DNA of 59,472 nt, the filler included, from Dirinaria sp. TL-2023a (Eukaryota): the NCBI GenBank assembly GCA_051941275.1. It is 9 parts of 9 records of this genome, joined end to end, with 100 filler letters (N's around TTAATTAATTAA, not from the genome) between each part and the next. Parts side by side here need not be neighbours in the genome. Positions count along the whole stretch, not along the records: positions 6,661 to 13,213 come from JAVEBF010001463.1; positions 13,314 to 19,861 come from JAVEBF010001464.1; positions 19,962 to 26,493 come from JAVEBF010001465.1; 6 more parts are not named here. One strand, 5' to 3'. Shown here in pieces: positions 10,269-22,105 of the stretch (positions are counted from its first letter, which is position 1; each line of letters starts with the position of its first letter). The notes under the pieces are model-generated. The model searched no databases. It saw only the letters and a program-made list of their open reading frames with translations, and was not told the DNA's origin. The position numbers and the translations under genes were made by a program.

Positions 10269-11387
10269 TCATACAAAGAGATAAAGTAGCTCCTCTAAAC
10301 TATCCCCATTTAGCCTCGTCGGGGCCTTGTTCTGCACGCTCTCTTTCGCGTTCCATGCCACTCCTAGTCCTGCTGCATCCATCATTAATAGATCATTACT
10401 CCCATCCCCAACCGCGATGGTCTGCTCGATCTCAATTCCATTCTCCTTGGCCAACATCAGCAGCACTTCTTCCTTGTGTTGCGCATCCACAAGTGGCTTT
10501 TCGGAATCTAGCAGTCCACTAAGATGCACAAACGGATATTCTTCGAAAGCAGATGCCGTAAGGAGGTGATTGGCAAAGGCATAATCGAGCCCAAGTTGCG
10601 CTTTTAACCATTCTGCCAAGGGCATAAATCCGCCGCTGACAACAGCTGTCTTAACGCCCATACTGTTCAAGCTAGAGATGAGTTTTTTAGCTCCCTTAGC
10701 GATGGTAATCGAACCGTCAGTCTTGAGAGTGTCCCACAAGTCCGCGCGTACGCCTTTGAGCAGAGCTACTCGCTCCTTAAGAGACTCGGCAAAATCGATC
10801 TCACCATTCATGGCTCGGGCAGTGATGTTGCTAACAGCTTCTGTCAGACCAATAGAGCGAGCAAGCTCATCGATTACCTCTTGATCAATAAGGGTAGAGT
10901 CCATGTCAAAGACCGCGAGCTTGAAGCGCGGAGGCGGCGTTTCCAAAGTCTTTGGGTCCAAGGGCAGAGATGCCGGTACAAGATCGAAGATCAATTCGCA
11001 TGGAGTCAGACGTTCGATTTCCGCAAACGTGATGTGCTTGCGGTAGTTGAGGGACTCGCGTGGGTCTTTAATAGAGTATGTCAGACGGCAGACCCTGGGG
11101 CCGAGGAGCTTGCTTTGAAGGAAGATAGAGGAATAAAGCAGCAGTGACTCAAGCTTCTCGGTGATCTCGCAAGATAGCTTTACTTGACTTTCTGGCGACC
11201 TGACCCACGGACTCTGGCTTGATTTTGAGCGTTCGAAGATAGTGATTGTCAGGGCGCGGTGTGAGGAGTCCACGATCGGTTTCAGAACACTGGTGTAATG
11301 GTTCGGTCCTATCTCATTCCAGTTGTTCATTGGATGTCGTATATCTTTGGCGTTGTAAGAACCTGGAGGTCCATCAAATTGGTCCAT
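10269..11387 (-). CDS. SER2: Phosphoserine phosphatase (HAD family)
   Basis: HAD motifs VFDMDSTLIDQEVIDE, ITARAMNGEIDFAESLKERVALLKG, VVSGGF, AVGDGSNDLLM. First in-frame ATG at 11387. Confidence 0.92.
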   Translation of the reverse strand: MDQFDGPPGSYNAKDIRHPMNNWNEIGPNHYTSVLKPIVDSSHRALTITIFERSKSSQSPWVRSPESQVKLSCEITEKLESLLLYSSIFLQSKLLGPRVCRLTYSIKDPRESLNYRKHITFAEIERLTPCELIFDLVPASLPLDPKTLETPPPRFKLAVFDMDSTLIDQEVIDELARSIGLTEAVSNITARAMNGEIDFAESLKERVALLKGVRADLWDTLKTDGSITIAKGAKKLISSLNSMGVKTAVVSGGFMPLAEWLKAQLGLDYAFANHLLTASAFEEYPFVHLSGLLDSEKPLVDAQHKEEVLLMLAKENGIEIEQTIAVGDGSNDLLMMDAAGLGVAWNAKESVQNKAPTRLNGDSLEELLYLFV

Positions 11388-11861
11388 TGCTGCGGATTTT
11401 CTGGGCTGGAAAAGGGGCACCAAAAGGGTTGTGCCCTAATTAGGGCTTCGAACGATATTGGAAGAATCTAAAAGATCGATAAGGATTGTAAGGTAGGGTA
11501 GATAGGCTTTGAATGCTCTGGCTGTACTGATCCACCAATTTGAGGAAATCGTTCTTCGCCTGTCACCTTTTGAAGTACCGAGGATTTCAGGTGTTGAGGC
11601 AAAGGGTGAGATATGTGTTGAATTAGAGAAGGGGGAAAATCGGACCTGCCACGCCTTCAACTTTGACCAGGTGAAAGAGAAGAGAAACTGTTTGTGTGGA
11701 TGCAGATGTCAAAAATTACATGAGAAGGTCTGAGTGAACGTTGATTTTGACCTGGAAGAAGTAAAGGATTCAGAAGGATCAATATCAATATCGGAATTAA
11801 TTCCGGCGCAAACTCATATTTCTACACCACCTCTCACTCCTCACTGCGTTTCATACACAGT

Positions 11862-13213
11862 ATGCTCACTGAATCTCTGTGTCTCTCGACCCTCTCTCCT
11901 CAAAAAGTCTCTTCGTCGTTACATTCAAAAGACCTAGGAATTTATCTGCACATGTACCAGCCACACCCTTCACCAACTCATAGCTTCAAGAAGTCCTCGA
12001 CCCATCCCAACTGTCTCGCTGTAAGCTCTACCCATATCTTCGCTGCGCAAGCCGAAAAAGCCGTCGTCCACGTCTATAGTCGCGAACATGGGAATCAGGA
12101 AGCTGTGGTGCCGTTCCCGGAGAAGATAAGGAGTATCGCGCTCGCAGGGGACTATGACGAGGGAGCAGGATGTTTGGTTTTGGGCGCAGAGGGAGGGAGG
12201 ATATTGGTGTGGGAGGTATAATATCCTTACGGATTCTCAGAGGGGCCTTTCTTCAGGCAAGCTGACATAGCGAAGTAGCTCGCCACAGGCCGCCTTGTAA
12301 CTACACCTCCGTCCCATGTCCAACCTACGACCTCGCTCGCGGTAGCGCCGAATAAGCTACACGCCCTTTCAGGCGCTGGTGATGCTCAGATCCATCTCTG
12401 GTCCCTTCCCTCCCTGCTCTCCTTCTCTACGCCTGTGGACGGAAACACAGCACCATACACACCTGTGCTGACCCTCTCCTCCCATCACGGCCCCATCACA
12501 GCCCTCGCTTTTGGGCACTCGCACAGCAAAACCAACATCGCCGTCTCCGCGTCCCAAGACAAAACAATAATAATCTGGGACTATCTTTCAGGCACAAACC
12601 TGCACACGTTCCTCCTCTCCTCACCGGCGCTCAGTCTAGCGCTCGACCCAGCCGACCGAGCTCTGTACACCGGTTCCTCAGATGGCAGCATTCAATTCCT
12701 CCCTTTCTTCACGCCCACCTCATCCACCTCCCAAATCCACGATCCAAGCCAGCAAAACACACCCACGCAGCCGCCGGAAAAAGACCGCTGGAAACTTCCC
12801 GCCACCACCACCACCACCATCACAGAACCCTCATCCCGGCTGCCCGCCGCCAACTGTCTAACGCTGAGCTACGACGGCACAGTGCTTCTGTCAGGCCACT
12901 CGGACGGGAAAATCCACACGTGGGACATCGGCAAAGGCCGCTACAGCGGCACGCTGCACGACTACGCGCACGCGGTCACGAACCTGACCATGCTCCCTCC
13001 CACAGGCTGGCCTAACCCCAGGGTGCCACGGGTGAAACTGCACCAGGTGATAAAACCGCGGTACGAAAGCACATTCACCTCCTCCTCCTCTGCCTCCGAC
13101 CCTGGCTTCGGTTTCGGCTTCGGCGGCACCAGCAACCACAACAACAACAGCAGGGGTGTCCCCAGGAACTACACCTTCACGGCCTCCTTCCCCCGCAATC
13201 TCTCCTCCTACCC
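11862..13213 (+). CDS. IPI3: Pre-rRNA-processing WD40 protein IPI3 (Rix1 complex); exons 11862-12215 and 12279->13213; truncated by contig end
   Basis: FKKSSTHPNCLAVSSTHIFAAQAEKAVVHVYSRE..NQEAVVPFPEKIRS, then WE|LATGRLVTTPPSHVQ and WD repeats. Intron 12216-12278 with GCTGAC branch point. Divergent from SER2. Confidence 0.9.
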
Positions 13214-13313
13214 NNNNNNNNNNNNNNNNNNNNNNNNNNNNNNNNNNNNNNNNNNNNTTAATTAATTAANNNNNNNNNNNNNNNNNNNNNNNNNNNNNNN
13301 NNNNNNNNNNNNN
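13214..13313. other. Artificial contig linker 2
   Basis: Same 100-bp N/TTAATTAATTAA/N spacer. Confidence 0.99.
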
Positions 13314-14560
13314 TTGACAGATAATATAGTTAGACTTCTGAGAGAAATAGAACGGAAATCGAAACGTTAGAAAAATAGTATCTCCAGATTTATTTTAATT
13401 CACAGCTACTTCGAATATAATCAGTCCCCTGAATCGATGTTATTAGTTCGCTAGAAGTTGAGAAAGTCATTGGAAAGTTATAATCATGTTACGATAAAAT
13501 TACTAATATTGATTATCTATGATCTTCATATATTCTATCTTTTATCTTCGTCAACTTCAGTTAGACTGACTAAGCAGATCGGAAAAAATCTAATATACAG
13601 TGAATCTCGACAGCTAATCGTAGAACGCAATACTGATCTCAATAGTGTAAAAAAATAGAAATGAGATTCTAAATCTCTCGATATCAAATAGATCGAGAGA
13701 ATGATCTAGCATCAATGCATGCATCAAAAACTCAGAGAGATCGATCTGTATAAACTCTGTATGAATGCTAAAAAAATGATGATGATCTAAATACAAATGT
13801 CAATGTTACGTATATCGACGAAGAGTCGTTCACACGTGATTTTTAACTTTTTGTCTAGCTCGTCGTTGCTTTATGACCAGGGCTTGCGAGGTCCACTCGC
13901 CCACAATGCGTGATTGAGAGATTTTACACCTCCCTTTTATCGCCTCTAAAAAAATCCGGGACATTGGAGTCATTACAAAAGATCTCATTCTCTAAACACG
14001 AATTTTTTGACGATGGTAAAAATAACGCCAACAGAGACGAATAATGAAAATATTTTGATTTTTTAAAATCGAATAGCGAAAGAACATTCGAAAGACTTAC
14101 ACCCTCTATTGACACAAAGATAAAGAGCTCCCCTTCAGCCAGATAACGACTCATGTAAACCACTTAGACAAACCCAAAGTCTTGATAGAAGTAAAATAGA
14201 TAGAAATCGTTCGAAAATGTCATAAGCAACATAATATATTTAATTCCATGCGAAAATTTTTTGATTCCGAGACAGATATCAATAGAGAACATGTTACTTC
14301 AGATCACAAGCTTCCAAATCATTGCTTCCTGTTAGACTACCATGTGACGCGACTATTGACGAAAAGAGCGAGCAATCATATAACTTCCCTCCGGGTGATG
14401 GATCGCATTCGGTCGTTGATGGAATAGGAGATGATCGATAATGACGTATAGGATCTTTGTGAATATTTACGGCGAAGAGTATGAGACCTATAATAAAGGA
14501 GGTCAATGCTCGAAAGCAGGGCTTCGTTGAGAGAAATGAGCTTTATAAATGATCCGCTGA
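13314..14560. other. AT-rich, RIP-like degenerate sequence (probable repeat relic)
   Basis: Visibly AT- and TpA-rich, stop-riddled frames, no recognisable domain. Qualitative impression only. Confidence 0.4.
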
Positions 14561-15537
14561 GGACCATTACCTAACTCTTCAAGGGTGATATTTGTGAGAA
14601 CGAGTCTCAGTGGATGTGGTTATTGTGGGCGCTCGTTTGTTATGACTGTGGAGTAGTCTAGACAGAAGCGTAAAACGCACTACTATCAGTCAATCGTTCA
14701 GTATCCAGCTGGAAATTGGACTTCTGATTAATGCATCATCTTCGATCCTCACGAATGTATCGAATTGGTAGTCCCTTTTGCAATGATGCCGTTTAAGATT
14801 ATTCACAGTGCTGCAATCTGATCGAGAAAGAGTGTCGATTGCATAAGACCCACATTATCAGAGTTTCAATTTTACGCTTCAAAAAAAAAAAAGGGAAGAG
14901 GAGGATCTTTTATAACAATAGGAGAAACAGCCACGGGAAAAATCTCCTATCTCCATCCTTTGGCAGAGAGGAGATTGAGGCTATGGATATTTTTTTTTTT
15001 CTCCTTTTTTTCTGAAGGGAGGAGGGGGTTTTATTTGGGGGGATAGTGTTATGCGGGTTGAGAGTTTTTAAATGAGGGTATGAAAGATTGTGAAAAAAGA
15101 GTTGTTTTTGGGTAAGGTATGAGTTGAAAGTCTTACAATGATGGCAAGTAGAAATACAGAATCAATTCGAGAATGTGAAGATAATTTCTTTAAAGTGGTG
15201 AAGATTTGGCCCTCTCGATGCACGGTTTTCTAAGCTATGGTATTGCCAATGTACTAATTTATGCATGCTGTTTACCACTCCTGTGTAAAGTAGTGGAAGT
15301 GGCAGGGGCCAGTAATGAGGAGAGGGAAAGCTGTGGGCCTTGCTTAATAGAAAGAGAATATTTCTAGGGAGTTGCTGTATAAGAATTGATGCTCCTTTGG
15401 CCGTATCCATAAGTGCATCCGATGTCGTCGCTGACAATGCCGTTCCTTTCGTGAGATCGTCTAATTGTGTCGTCAGGTCATAGTTTCGTCAATATGTCCA
15501 CCGCATTATATCGTATCAACATACGCACTATATCGTA

Positions 15538-18018
15538 TCAAGATACTTTTTCCTCGTCCAGTGTATTTCTTGCTCGTCGACACAGCACCCTCGAGAGCCA
15601 TCCATTGTCCCCGCCCGCATTCCTTCCATTCTTCGTGTTCAGCTCGGCGCCGGATCCAGACGAGCTGTTGTCCTTCTCTGGCACCGGCGGCTCATTGAAT
15701 GGCCTTGGGTCGTATGGGAGGTCGAACTTAACAGTGGAGTTGGTACTGGTTTTGGTTGGCACGAAAAGGCGGGGAGGATGTTCGAGTGTCGAATGCGAGC
15801 TCAATAGCACAGAGTTTGGCCCCCCAGGGGACGGTGAGCTAAAACCACCACGAGCCGCCATGCCTTCTGCAGCGGACTTCGATCGAGGTTTGCGAGGCTT
15901 GTCCACCCCTACTGGTTCAGGCTTTATTTCATGATATTTCCTGGCCCACTTAGGTCTGTAGTGAAATAGCGCAAGGAAGTTGGCAAGCCATTTGCCAACA
16001 TTGTGGAAGAAGGAACGGGTCTTTGTGGTCCAGAACTGAAGACCGGTCGTTGTGTTGAGAGAGCCAATAAGCATGTAAGTGGGCACGCAGATGATGACGG
16101 TAACGATGGCGAATGGATGGAAACTGTCGTTCGTAGGCATGTTTGTCATGCCAAACACCGAGGTGACGAATGTCAAGGGCAGGAAGAATATCGTGACCAG
16201 GGTCAGGAGTTTGATATTGTGTCCCTGCTGTACAGTGATTGTGGCTTGCATGACCGAGCGGCGGCTTTCGAGGACAGAAGTACCGCTGAACAAATCGTCG
16301 CGAAGATTTTTGATCTCCGTCATCTTGACTTCGTTCAAGTGGATGATTTTTTCTAGTTGGTGCAGCTCGTATTCAATATCTTGTCTCAGGCGCCTCATGC
16401 GTTTCCGCCAATTGGCGAAACGTGACGATGAATTTTCATCGCCCGGCCAAACAATCTTGTCCGTTCCATTCCAGACTCGTTCTTTGAAGCAGTGCCTGTA
16501 CGCAGCTATCATCTCCTGGATGTCCTCATTCATGACTCCCAGGGTCTGATGGGCCCAAAAATATCGTTGCGAGTTTGTGAACTCATCATCTTCAAAGAGC
16601 AGGCGATTTCTCACGGCTCGCTTGAACATGAAGTCCGGCTATGGAACAGTCAATCAACTACTACTACGTATTGAGATCGAGCAGTGCAAAGAGGTCGATA
16701 AGAAAGTGCCGGATGCTGCAACTTACCGGCATCCTCACAAGATCCGAAACCCGTTTATAGACTTCTTCCAGTCGCTTGCGCGCGTCTTTGTATTCAGCGC
16801 GAAGCGTTACCAAAAATGCCTCTGGTCCATTCACATAGTGTTTTGTTGAGTCATGAGAGTCGATCGAGCTCTTCCAATCCGGATAACATTGGATTGCGAG
16901 CACGCGCCAGGGGGAGAAAGGGTCGTAAATTTGTCCCTCTTCCTTCTTCGCTCTTCTTCTAACTCTCCGGTTGACCTTATCGATTGGGTCGCCAACAAGC
17001 TGCAAAGCAATCACAGATGCGCATCTGCTCACTGGAATGTGCTCTTCGGTCTCGTCGAGCTGTTCGTCCGCTTTTTGCCACTTCATCGGCCGACTGTTGA
17101 ACGAGTTAAAGACGAAGAAGCAACGAATGACGCACCACGTACCACTCGTCTCCCACTATGGTGAAGTATTCGAATGTCCAAACGAAAGTATTACGATGCC
17201 TCGGATCCTTGTCGTAAGGACGATGTGGGAGACCCTGCAGTCCAATTAATTTGATGCCGTGACAGCCAGCCATTGACGACCTTCCGTACCCTCGTATGCA
17301 TATCAACCAATAGTTGAAACATCTCATCAACATCAAAGTGTTTATGCATCGTATAGTGAAGGGCAGCGAAGAGTATGGGTGACGGCTCTCGTACTATAGT
17401 GATCCTTCCGACTGCCCGTCTTTCTTTCTCCGGATCTGCATTGAGCTTCGAGATATTGTTCCAGATTGTCTGTGCCTTCGACCTGCTCCCCGTGTCGGCC
17501 GCACTAATGATCTCCAACGGAGCGCCATCGTTGCCGACGTCGAAAATAGAATGATGCAGTTTGTCAGTCGCCGATGCTGGTGTCTGCGGGAAAAAGGGAC
17601 GTTTGAGTGTTTTCCGATCATCCACAACGTCTCCCAGGATCTCTCTATCTCCATCTGTCCAATCGTACTCAAGGATATGCCTGTGCAATCCTTCTTCGGT
17701 GTACGTTTCGGGAGGCAGGGTCTGCTGCACGAAAAGGGATTCGTCGTCATCGGACTCTGATTCGTCCTCAAAGGATATGGAATGCTGCTGGGAGCTATCG
17801 ACCTCCAGACGGTCTACCGTAGTTTTGGTATCGAATGTCTCGGCGGTATTGCGTCGGGTCGACTGGAACGAGAACTGCGGAGACGGCTTGTCGGAGCCGG
17901 CTGCTAATAGAGCCTGGGCAAGGGCATTATGTGCCCGATTCAAGGTCTCGAGATACTGTGCCCTGTCCTCGGCAAGCTTGTTCATCATCTCCCGAGCGGT
18001 AGCAGCGTCGAGAGCCAT
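15538..18018 (-). CDS. CorA/Mg2+-transporter-like protein with long N-terminal domain; exons 18018-17290, 17234-17143, 17093-16727, 16638-15538
   Basis: Helical stalk LFSGTSVLESRRSV, then NIKLLTLVTIFFLPLTFVTSVFGMTN and a second TM helix. Three canonical introns join four ORF fragments in frame. Confidence 0.85.
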
Positions 18019-18182
18019 GCTGAAGCCTGACTCTCAAGGGCAACGTTGGGGAAAAAGGTAGCATGTTTCACAAGACATGCAACAGCGAGTGTAAGAGAAC
18101 AGCGACGAACAGCGACAGACAGCGAGCAAGGCTCGAAGGGGAAGTTGAGAAACGGTGAAGACCAGTGGGTGAAGAAAGTTTC

Positions 18183-18203
18183 AGTAGTAGTAGTAGTAGT
18201 AGT
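18183..18203. repeat. (AGT)7 microsatellite upstream of the CorA-like gene
   Basis: agtagtagtagtagtagtagt. Confidence 0.85.
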
Positions 18204-19861
18204 GATCCCAGTCAGCCTCACCGAGTATTGGCGGCAGACCGTGGGCTTGGCAGGCGCATTTTCAAGATAAATGCCAAGCCTCCCCAGCCCTCCTCCGCTT
18301 CGCTTTCTCCAGTTCTTGATGGACCGAAGGACTTTAGAAAGAAAGCGAAAGAGATACCTACAACCTATCCAGCACGTGAGCCGAACTCGGAGTATTGATT
18401 GATAACAGAATTTTGGATTTCATCATGCTTTCGGTAAATTTGGCGTGTGGGCATGCCTCCTCCGCTTACGAAGCGAGACCCTACGACGGGATGCAGCAGC
18501 GGAGATTTAACGGCATCTGAGTTGTCAGCCTTGGTGCATTGTTCTCGACCATTCATTTGACATGAGTATGATCATAGCCAGGCGATATCCTAGGCCTGCC
18601 GATGTGTACAGACCGCCATTTCTCTACTGCATAAGAGAAGGCACGAGGCTCTGACACAGGGATCCTAGCTCTTATCTACTTAAACATCATTTGCAACTCG
18701 AAGCAAGGGGATGGCCAAGTACATAATCCGCTAGATGCATTCCTCGTTCACGTTGAAGTCTTGATATCAATTATGCCTCAAGAAATGATCGTATCGAGCT
18801 GATATCTTGCTTCCACAAATTACATGTTCCATACTACAGCACAGTAGTACTGGGACCTTCCGGACACGAGAAGCAGTCCTACCCTTATCAGCCTCCGTCC
18901 TATCGCTATGATATATCACCCGGTACCCACGCTGGCGAGGCTGGCTAAGACATTATTGTTCCGAAGGTTTGGCATATGTACAATAAATGGGATTGGTTAT
19001 TGCATCCAGAAAATCTAAGGTACCTACGAAACGCCAGAGCAAGGCTTCCATGGTTTCAAGTCTACGTTTTAATAGCACGTGCAATCCAAGATATCCAATG
19101 CTCTGATGTATTTAGGGAAAGCTTTCAGGCTGGCTACAGATTGCATAGATATCAAGGTGTAAGACAGCAAATATCTTGCACATTGCACCAAAAGAGGGGT
19201 CCTCTTTTGGTGAATGATTATTGCTGTATTTGTTGGTTTTTTCTGTCCGACACAAGGCCTCGGTGGCAAACAGCATGCCTTGATCAAAGATTGCTAAGCC
19301 GACAGAATCCCTTTCCTATGCATCGTCTTGAGCGCCCAATCATATACCCCAAAGTGCGTTCGATGACCAACAGCCTACTCGGAAGTAACACCCAATGAAA
19401 GACCAAGTCCTTAGCTACTCAGCCACGGAACGTAGAGGAGGCGCAGATAAAACCCCGATTTCACACTCGCTCGTCTACCATTGGCATACCAGAGGACAGA
19501 ACCGGAAGTCGGTAGGCGCCTCTCTAGGATTCCCACCGCTTACCGAACGAGACGAAATGTGCCAATGGGCTCATCGTCGATCACTGAAATAATATAGCCG
19601 CTGGTCAAGCGTTCCAACTAAGGTACTCCGTGCTACTACCGATTGTGATTATCTCAACAGAAGTTAATCTACATATTTCTCTCCATCGGAATAGATTCGC
19701 GCTTGATTGGACAACGAAGTCCATGATACTGTTCTCATAAAGCAGGTCAGTCAGCCACGAGTAACTCTCTCAAACCCCTCTCCTTCAAATCCCCACCAAA
19801 AAGGGCCTCACTGTTGAAAAACATTCCTCAACCCTCACTTCACCCCATTCCCACCGAAAAA

Positions 19862-19961
19862 NNNNNNNNNNNNNNNNNNNNNNNNNNNNNNNNNNNNNNN
19901 NNNNNTTAATTAATTAANNNNNNNNNNNNNNNNNNNNNNNNNNNNNNNNNNNNNNNNNNNN
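19862..19961. other. Artificial contig linker 3
   Basis: Same 100-bp spacer. Confidence 0.99.
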
Positions 19962-19993
19962 CTCCTCTCCTCTCCTCTCCTCTCCTCTCCTCT
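19962..19993. repeat. (CTCCT)n microsatellite at contig start
   Basis: About six CTCCT units directly after the linker. Confidence 0.85.
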
Positions 19994-20432
19994 ATTCGTC
20001 CCCCTTTCCCTCTCTTTTCAGACTGATATAGGTGGAAGGGATCTCTCCCCAGCGGTCGGCAGGAAGAAGCTCATTGCGACGAATCATCTACTGTAGCTTG
20101 ATTGAGGACGGCAAACACCCTCATATTTTCTTAGATTTGATCCCCTCGGATAAGTCCTGGAGAAAGCCGCTTCTTCAATTTGGTCTCCATAAGATGAAGA
20201 AATGATACCTGGCCCGAATCGGTCTGCTGAGTTTCAATTCCCTAGGAAGAGGTCTGAACCTCGGGATTATCACCGTCACGAAAAGTATTGTAGTCGGACC
20301 TTTCGATCATGCCACTTCGTGACTCCATGGGTGCAGATTGCGTTTCGTTGGGTACTTCGCGTCGCTTCTCCAAAGTGCCGGTTCGATCAGGCATCTCCCT
20401 GTCAGCTCGCGACGAAATGAGTCCAACAGTCT

Positions 20433-21581
20433 TCACAGAATGACCGGACTGGACATGAAGACTTTGGCATCCTCGGGTCTGATCATGCCTAACCCTACAG
20501 CCCAGTCATCTCTCTTCGTCTCTCGCACGAGCTGTTTGGCGAGATCGAGGCGCCTTTCGTAGGCTCTCGGTTCTGGGTTGGGTTTGAGGATGGTGCCATG
20601 CATGTGCAAATACTTGCTTTGATGGTTGCTGATGGCGAGCAGACAGACGGAAATGAGCAATAGGGCGATGAAGAGCAGTTTGCCTACTTGAGTTGCATTG
20701 CTGGCAAGGGCGGCACTGAGGTAAACGAGCAACGTCGCCAGCGCGTTCAGGGATCCTTCGAAGAAATTCATGTCGACTAGGAATTGGCCCGACGTCGCTG
20801 CTTTGAGGGCGTCGACGGGCCCCTGCAGTCTGACCCATCTATCCTGACTGAGCAGAACCAGTAGATCGCCCTTCACGCCAGGCTCAGATATGCCGTGCCA
20901 GCCTGGTTGTGTGCGTCGTCGGACGATATGGATGTTGAAGATACGCGCTACCACAAGAGAGAGCAGTAAGGCAAAGCCCCACCAATCCTGTATGATAGCC
21001 AAGAAGATAATGCTGAAGATCGTCGAAAGCCTGATCGTCATGAGCAGCAGGAACACAAGTAGAGAGTCGCCAGGCCCGAACAAAGCCTTCCAGAGAGTCC
21101 GTAAGCCCGACTTGGCTTCGGCTTCAGCCGTGAGGGTCGTGAGATGACCCGTCTTTGCTTTTGACTGGAGGTATGCCACCATGGCTTGGTTTTCCACCCG
21201 AAAGACATATCCTGTCGTCAATGCCGCCGTAGGTGGCAGTTCACCTCCATTGAGTTCTGACGCCGTCTGTTGACGATGTATACCAGGACAGAGCACCAAA
21301 GCGTCCAGATAGACAGCTGTGCCGGTAAGAACGGTTCGTCTCGCGATCGTGTCGAGATCTGCGAGGGCAATCAAGCCAGCTGCATCAAAAGAAGTGTTTG
21401 GCAGTGGTCGCGTCCAGTCGAACGGAGCCATTTTCGTCTTCAGTGTCTCGCGCGGGGAAAATATGGCAAAATCGAACGCCAGAACTTGACCGTACCAATA
21501 TTTTGCGAGAGCACACAAATCAGCATCTCCGGCTTCAGATTTGAAAGCTGCAAACCAAGAAGTAAGCTCCCCTTCAGCCAT
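20433..21581 (-). CDS. Conserved fungal multi-pass membrane protein of unknown function (start may be the ATG at 21431)
   Basis: Intronless 382-aa ORF with about four hydrophobic helices. Motifs DAAGLIALADL, GYVFRVEN, GDLLVLLSQDRWVRLQG and YERRLDLAKQLVRETKRDDWAVGLGMI recalled from fungal hypothetical proteins. Confidence 0.8.
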   Translation of the reverse strand: MAEGELTSWFAAFKSEAGDADLCALAKYWYGQVLAFDFAIFSPRETLKTKMAPFDWTRPLPNTSFDAAGLIALADLDTIARRTVLTGTAVYLDALVLCPGIHRQQTASELNGGELPPTAALTTGYVFRVENQAMVAYLQSKAKTGHLTTLTAEAEAKSGLRTLWKALFGPGDSLLVFLLLMTIRLSTIFSIIFLAIIQDWWGFALLLSLVVARIFNIHIVRRRTQPGWHGISEPGVKGDLLVLLSQDRWVRLQGPVDALKAATSGQFLVDMNFFEGSLNALATLLVYLSAALASNATQVGKLLFIALLLISVCLLAISNHQSKYLHMHGTILKPNPEPRAYERRLDLAKQLVRETKRDDWAVGLGMIRPEDAKVFMSSPVIL

Positions 21582-22105
21582 TTATTGAAATTCCTCTACA
21601 GTGTTTGGGATCGTGCAGGGTGATTCTGGGTGCAGAGTCCAGCACGACACACCTCGCTTCCACCGGCGCTTACACTGGCGCTTAGTCTATTTCAGAACCC
21701 AATCATGTGTAAGCATTTTAACCTAATAAATCTACGATTCCTGTCTGAGATATTGTATATGCTCTTGCACTTCTGATTTTCGATCCTGACTGCTCAATAG
21801 GTACATTGACTGAGGATAGGTAAACCATAATCCATGTTCCCAGTCACTGTCGTCTTGCCATTGTAGAGTACTGGTGCTTTGCATCTCATACGTATGTGAT
21901 TTGTCCACCAAATGATCCATCAGTCACTACTCAACTTCGCGTCACAGTAGATGCTGCAAAGTCCGAAGCTCCCACGGTGGCGATTCTCTCGTGAGCCAGG
22001 ATTCAAGCAGCTCAAACCCAGACCAAGAGGCAGACGTCTCGTTGCTTCAAATCCACTTTTGCCAATGGCAACTGTCAATCTCCGATGCATGGAAGCATCA
22101 TCTCA

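Noticed and set aside
10214..10280. Extra terminal intron in SER2, or mirrored introns on both strands
   Set aside because: Splice-like signals exist, but the spliced extension does not resemble a SER2 C-terminus; the unspliced stop is adequate.
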